The translations under genes and the position numbers were made by a program. This document shows, piece after piece, positions 60,113 to 64,000 of a stretch of 64,000 nt of DNA. Every line of letters begins with the position of its first letter. Position 1 is the stretch's first letter. Under the pieces are notes generated by a model. That model worked only from the letters and a program-made list of their open reading frames with translations. It had not been told where the DNA came from and ran no database searches. The stretch lies in NCBI GenBank assembly GCA_963847705.1, contig CAWKBC010000030.1, forward strand, positions 320,001 to 384,000, read 5' to 3'. The DNA is from an uncultured Pseudomonadota bacterium. Its GTDB lineage: Bacteria; Myxococcota_A; Polyangia; Fen-1088.

Positions 60113-60367
60113 ATGAACGGACCGGAGCCACAGTCCGATGACGAGATGTGGGTCGCTCTCCGGGCGACGAACCCCGTCCGTTCTCTGATCGCGCTGGTCG
60201 AGGAATGGAAGGCGAACGGCTGCACGAAGGAATTCGCCGAGCGCCGCCTGACTGGGTTCCTCGACGAAGTGATGGCCCATGGCGACGCCGATCAAGATGA
60301 TCCTGTGCGCGACGTCCTGGACCTCGTGGCCGGGTATTGCAGTCCTCACGCGAAGCTCTTTCCGTAA
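60113..60367 (+). CDS. Cassette 17: small helical hypothetical protein
   Basis: C-terminus DVLDLVAGYCSP. Confidence 0.75.
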   Translation: MNGPEPQSDDEMWVALRATNPVRSLIALVEEWKANGCTKEFAERRLTGFLDEVMAHGDADQDDPVRDVLDLVAGYCSPHAKLFP

Positions 60368-60372
60368 TCGCT

Positions 60373-60526
60373 GCCGAACCCGCCGTTGCAGCGGATGAAC
60401 GCCTGCGCGGCTCGCTCGATCGTAGGCCGAGCCGCGACGCCGCGGGCTGGCGCCCGCGGCTCCTCGCGGCCGTGGTACGATCGCAGGTCCGTTCGGCGCT
60501 CACCGCTGAACGGCAAAACGTTGGGC
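60373..60526 (+). repeat. attC17 (154 bp)
   Basis: GCCGAAC..GTTGGGC; long class. Confidence 0.9.
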
Positions 60527-60542
60527 AGACGGGCCAGGCTCC

Positions 60543-60977
60543 TTGAGTTCCGATGACTACGACGATCCCGCGCTAGAAGCCCGTTGGCTCGCTCAGCAGC
60601 GCGGCAACGTGGAGCGGTACCTTGAGACCGAAAGCGTTCGCCACGGCGGCGTGGACGCCGATTGCAGCTGGTACGTTGCTCCATACGTCTCGGTCTGGAT
60701 CGTGCGGTCGCTGGCGAGGTTGGGCTCAGTCGGGTGGTGGGCCATTAGCGGAGATCTTCCGACCGACTACCTAAGCGGCGGTGATGCAACCGACGCTCGG
60801 AGTGCGCTGCGCGCGTTTGCTCGACGCTGGCGAGAGGTCGCAGAGTACATGCGCCGCGGTGAGGACCACCCCGACATGAGCGTGGGGAATCCCGAGAACA
60901 AGACAGAACTGGGCGAACTTCTCCGGCGACGGGCCGAGATCATTCAGGAGTTCGTGAGTGACGACAGTCTGTGGTAG
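60543..60977 (+). CDS. Cassette 18: DUF4826-like protein
   Basis: APYVSVW and WWAISGDLPTDY motifs. Confidence 0.82.
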   Translation: MSSDDYDDPALEARWLAQQRGNVERYLETESVRHGGVDADCSWYVAPYVSVWIVRSLARLGSVGWWAISGDLPTDYLSGGDATDARSALRAFARRWREVAEYMRRGEDHPDMSVGNPENKTELGELLRRRAEIIQEFVSDDSLW

Positions 60978-60983
60978 CGCGCT

Positions 60984-61044
60984 GCCCAACCCGGAATTGC
61001 AGCGGGCGGGCTGCGCCCGCCGCTGAATTCCAGTATCGTTAGAC
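60984..61044 (+). repeat. attC18 (61 bp)
   Basis: GCCCAAC..GTTAGAC. Confidence 0.9.
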
Positions 61045-61053
61045 GGATTCCAG

Positions 61054-61311
61054 GTGACGAAGCTGCGAAAGGTGTCATTGGCCGTCGGAGCGGTGGGTTC
61101 AATCCCCGTCGTCTTCTTGGTGGCGTGGGGTTACTTCGACGCAATGGTCCGGTCGGAGTACGCGTCGGGGGCTCGCACGTCTACAGACGGCGACTCAATC
61201 ATCATCCCCGTTGTCGGCGTGACCGCGGCCTGGATCGTTCTCGTGGTCGTCGCGCTCGGGATCTTCGGAATCGTCGTTCTCCTTCGGAAGCGTCCGCGAA
61301 GCACCGTCTAA
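61054..61311 (+). CDS. Cassette 19: small two-TM protein
   Basis: Two TM segments flanking RTSTDGDSI. Confidence 0.72.
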   Translation: MTKLRKVSLAVGAVGSIPVVFLVAWGYFDAMVRSEYASGARTSTDGDSIIIPVVGVTAAWIVLVVVALGIFGIVVLLRKRPRSTV

Positions 61312-61459
61312 CAAGCCGTTGCAGCAGCCGAACGCCACGTCCGTCCGCTCGCGGGTGGGCTCACGCCGCGACGCCGCGGGCTGCGCCCGCGGCTCCTCGC
61401 GGTCGTGGTACGCTCCGAGGGGACCCTGGCGTTCGCTGCTGAACGGCAGGTCGTTGGAC
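61306..61459 (+). repeat. attC19 (154 bp)
   Basis: GTCTAAC..GTTGGAC; long class. Confidence 0.9.
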
Positions 61460-61467
61460 GGACGAGC

Positions 61468-61701
61468 ATGCACGATCGTGATCAGCCGCGTCAGGACATG
61501 GCAGGATTGAAATCGGAGCTTGACCGCCTCGCAGCCGAAGAACAGCGAATCCGTGGTGAGATCGCCGAAGCCCGCCGAATCCTGACGATCGAGCGTGCGG
61601 CGACCCGTCGGCAGCCGTTGAAGTTTGGCGCACTCGGTTGGGCCGCCGTCTCGTTTCTCGTCTCTTTGTTCGCAGGCGCTTTCATTAGATGCGGAGGCTA
61701 G
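61468..61701 (+). CDS. Cassette 20 ORF a: coiled-coil plus C-terminal TM
   Basis: LKSELDRLAAEEQRI heptads followed by a hydrophobic tail. Confidence 0.65.
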   Translation: MHDRDQPRQDMAGLKSELDRLAAEEQRIRGEIAEARRILTIERAATRRQPLKFGALGWAAVSFLVSLFAGAFIRCGG

Positions 61702-61705
61702 GGCT

Positions 61706-61930
61706 GTGTCACCGTTTCGAGACACGGCGGCGAACGCTCTCGAGGTCGCGAAGCGACTCGAAACTCGAATCGTCGAACGCAACGCACTCATCCAGGATTT
61801 GGCTCGCGACCTCGAACATCTGCATCGGCAGATCGCGAGCCATCGCCAGGCTTATCCCATCTGGCCGCGCGCGATCGGGCTGCTAGCCGGTGTTGCGATC
61901 GGCACTGCGGTCCACGTGCTGGTACGATGA
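61706..61930 (+). CDS. Cassette 20 ORF b: coiled-coil plus C-terminal TM
   Basis: GGAGG RBS and GTG start; heptads followed by AIGLLAGVAIGTAV. Confidence 0.6.
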   Translation: MSPFRDTAANALEVAKRLETRIVERNALIQDLARDLEHLHRQIASHRQAYPIWPRAIGLLAGVAIGTAVHVLVR

Positions 61931-61938
61931 CCGACGCC

Positions 61939-61985
61939 GTCCAACCCGGCGTTGAACCCGCCGGGTTAACGCCACGACGTTCGAC
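61939..61985 (+). repeat. attC20 (47 bp, minimal)
   Basis: GTCCAAC..GTTCGAC; resembles attC10 without the terminal hairpin. Confidence 0.85.
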
Positions 61986-61993
61986 GGACGACA

Positions 61994-62500
61994 ATGTGCC
62001 TACGTAGCGCCACTCTCGCTTTTGCTCTTCTCCTTTCTCCCATGGCGTGGACAGCGGACAAAATCGCCGAGTTCGGTCTCGTTCTCGAAGCCCCGGGCAA
62101 GTGGTCGAAGGTGCCGAAGGATGACCCGGACTTCACGGTCTATCGCGCGCAGCAAGCACGCGAACAGATCACGATCCGTGTGATGCAATCGAGAAAACGA
62201 ATGGATCCCAAGGCCCGGCAGGAGACAGTCGGTGCCTTGGTTGAACACCGACAGGAGGCTGAACGGCGCGGAGCCGACGGCACTGTGTCCTTCAAGCCAG
62301 TCAAGAGTCTTGAGCGTGGTGGCCTGACGATCGTGACCTACTGCGGAAACGATGGGGGCCGTCCGTTCGCAACTATGGTTCTCGCTTCGGAAGATCGAGC
62401 CTGGACCCTCTTCTACGAAACGCTCGAAAGCCCTGCCGAATCGTTTTGCCCCCGCGCAGAGAAGATGTTCACGACGGTGCGGCAGGCCACGAAGCACTAG
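61994..62500 (+). CDS. Cassette 21: secreted hypothetical protein
   Basis: Signal peptide; the ORF fills the cassette. Confidence 0.75.
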   Translation: MCLRSATLAFALLLSPMAWTADKIAEFGLVLEAPGKWSKVPKDDPDFTVYRAQQAREQITIRVMQSRKRMDPKARQETVGALVEHRQEAERRGADGTVSFKPVKSLERGGLTIVTYCGNDGGRPFATMVLASEDRAWTLFYETLESPAESFCPRAEKMFTTVRQATKH

Positions 62501-62512
62501 TCTCCGTTGGCC

Positions 62513-62597
62513 GTCGAACCCGCCGTTGCAGTCGGACGGGCGCGTCGGTCGCTGCGCTCCCTCTCGCGCCCGCCGCTGAACGGCAGTATCGTTCGGC
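62513..62597 (+). repeat. attC21 (85 bp)
   Basis: GTCGAAC..GTTCGGC. Confidence 0.9.
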
Positions 62598-62621
62598 AGA
62601 CAGGGTGACGCCCTTCGAACT

Positions 62622-62861
62622 GTGGGAGCGACGTTGAAATATCTGTCCGGCGAGGCGGTCGTGGCCGGCGACATCGTCCGGGTCACGTTTCGATCGAGTC
62701 CCGTTGAAGCCTACGTGGTTGCCGTTCTGGTCCCAGGAAGCCCCGAGGCGCTGGAGTGGAACGCGCCTGAAGGTGGCATCATGGTCAACTCAGAAGCGAC
62801 TGGGCGGGTCCTCTGGAGCAGAGCTGACGAAGACATGGCGTTCATTTGCCGCAACCCGTGA
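62622..62861 (+). CDS. Cassette 22: small beta-rich hypothetical protein
   Basis: YLSGEAVVAGDIV..GGIMV. Confidence 0.7.
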   Translation: MGATLKYLSGEAVVAGDIVRVTFRSSPVEAYVVAVLVPGSPEALEWNAPEGGIMVNSEATGRVLWSRADEDMAFICRNP

Positions 62862-62866
62862 TCGCT

Positions 62867-63021
62867 GCCGAACCAGCCGTTGCAGCGAACGAACGCCTGC
62901 GCTGGCCGCTCGACGGTGGGCTGATGCCGCGACGGCGCGGGCTGCGCCCGCACCTCCTCGCGGCCGTGTTACGCTCGTGGTGTCCCTTCGGCGTTCGCCG
63001 CTGAACGGCAAAACGTTGGGC
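62867..63021 (+). repeat. attC22 (155 bp)
   Basis: GCCGAAC..GTTGGGC; long class. Confidence 0.9.
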
Positions 63022-63031
63022 AGACGAGCGG

Positions 63032-63424
63032 ATGTGGTCCTTCTTCGAGCGCATGTTTGGCAGGCGACCTACAGGCGAAGGATGGGATCTCCGCGTCGAC
63101 CGCACGGGGCGGGGTAGCCCGATTGTCTACCTTGAGGGGACGAACCAGATAGAATTCGACTTCGAGCTGGGCGACGCATGTACGATTTACTGCCCGTCTT
63201 CGGCCGACTGGGATCAGAGGTTCCCATGGGCCGCCGGTCGTCGTCACGAAATCATGGAACGCGTCGGCGCTGAGTTCGTCCGGCGTGAGTTTCGTGGCTA
63301 CACATTCGAGATCGGCGGGGGCGTGCTTCGCCCGCGACTGAACCCGGAAAGGGAACTCTTGGGGTTCGACACGGCCCAGTCGGAGGACATCATCGTCATC
63401 CGCAAGAGGGCCAAGAGGGACTAG
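63032..63424 (+). CDS. Cassette 23: hypothetical protein (its own attC is missing)
   Basis: WDQRFPWAAGRRHEIMERV. The expected GCCCAAC R'' was not found downstream. Confidence 0.75.
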   Translation: MWSFFERMFGRRPTGEGWDLRVDRTGRGSPIVYLEGTNQIEFDFELGDACTIYCPSSADWDQRFPWAAGRRHEIMERVGAEFVRREFRGYTFEIGGGVLRPRLNPERELLGFDTAQSEDIIVIRKRAKRD

Positions 63425-63555
63425 ATCGCAGGTTCGCGCGGCGACGAACTTTCGCGAGCTTGATCATGTTGGGAAGGTGGATGCGCGCGAGTATCACGAT
63501 GAATTCGAAGTCATCGACTCCGATCTTCGCGTCGGCTGAATGCGCCTCCAGCCAC

Positions 63556-63963
63556 AAGGACTGGAGGGGGCATCTGGGGAGCCCGAAGAGCGGGCGGGCG
63601 TGGGAGGTGCCGCTGACGACGCGGACGCTCGATGCAGTGAAGGCGGTCAGGCATTTACGGAGCCAGCTGGTGTTCTGTCAGGATGACGGTGCTCCATGGA
63701 CGGTGACGATGATGCCAATGGGGCTCCCGCGACAGGAGAAGAGGGCAGGGCTGACGGGGCGGGGGAAGTGGCACCGACAGAGACACACGTTCTGTAGCCA
63801 CCCGGCGATGCGTGGAGCGACGGCGATCGAGATCAAAGACCTGGCCGGACATCGATCGATCGCGACCTCGAACCGCAACATACATCTGGCGCCCGAGCGA
63901 CGCCGGACGGCCATGGCCCTGCTGGAGATGGGGCGTGGCGAGAGCGTGGCGAGAAGCAGCTAG
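63556..63963 (+). pseudogene. C-terminal remnant of a phage-type tyrosine integrase
   Basis: SPKSGR, HRQRHTF and LAGH motifs. The catalytic Tyr position reads N (TSNRNIHL) and the N-terminal half is absent. Confidence 0.8.
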
Positions 63964-63987
63964 GGAGAACCTAACTGCTTGAAATTC

Positions 63988-64000
63988 TGGGGTGAGTGAC
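63988..64000 (-). tRNA. Probable 3' end of tRNA-His (or an att duplicate of it), cut by the window edge
   Basis: Minus strand reads GTCACTCACC-CCA, with a C discriminator typical of bacterial tRNA-His. Only 13 nt are visible. Confidence 0.5.

Larger units (their letters stand above)
49853..63424 (+). mobile_element. Integron gene-cassette array (23 cassettes, 22 attC), no intI in window
   Basis: Short co-oriented ORFs are separated by AAC..GTTGCAGC..GCTGAAC..GTT imperfect palindromes. Each cassette's R'' is complementary to its own 5' R'. Confidence 0.95.

Noticed and set aside
51752-63021. Repeats read as a CRISPR array or REP elements
   Set aside because: The spacers are whole genes, the repeats vary from 47 to 155 bp with attC R/L box architecture, and no cas genes are present.
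63460-63963. Terminal recombinase as the integron integrase IntI
   Set aside because: It lacks the IntI-specific insertion before the HxxR motif, is truncated, has lost the catalytic Tyr and lies at the distal end of the array. It looks phage-type.

Overview
This is a GC-rich bacterial window, most likely Myxococcota (Polyangia-like), judged from a MYXO-CTERM-type protein, Gly/Thr-linker lipoproteins and a myxobacterial-type TonB-dependent receptor. Bases 1-46,500 hold ordinary or accessory chromosomal genes: msrBA, a ComEC-like MBL hydrolase, two divergent circularly permuted ATP-grasp/alpha-E/transglutaminase units, lysR with a TetA-like efflux pump, ppc, an OprB porin, a CopA-type ATPase, a tonB-exbD-exbB-TBDR operon, a GH12-like lipoprotein and tetR-SDR. 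They also include an uncharacterised two-gene membrane system with PmoC/AmoC-like metal motifs. From about 49,850 to 63,430 lies an integron-type array of 23 cassettes with 22 attC sites and an attI-like first junction, but no IntI in the window. An IS3-family element interrupts cassette 1. The array ends at a dead phage-type tyrosine integrase next to what looks like the 3' end of tRNA-His. The cassette ends show an extended, co-varying 9-10 bp pairing with an invariant unpaired base beyond the canonical 7-bp R box. Four frameshifts fall at GATC sites and are probably sequencing artefacts. All product calls come from motif recognition by eye; no database searches were run.
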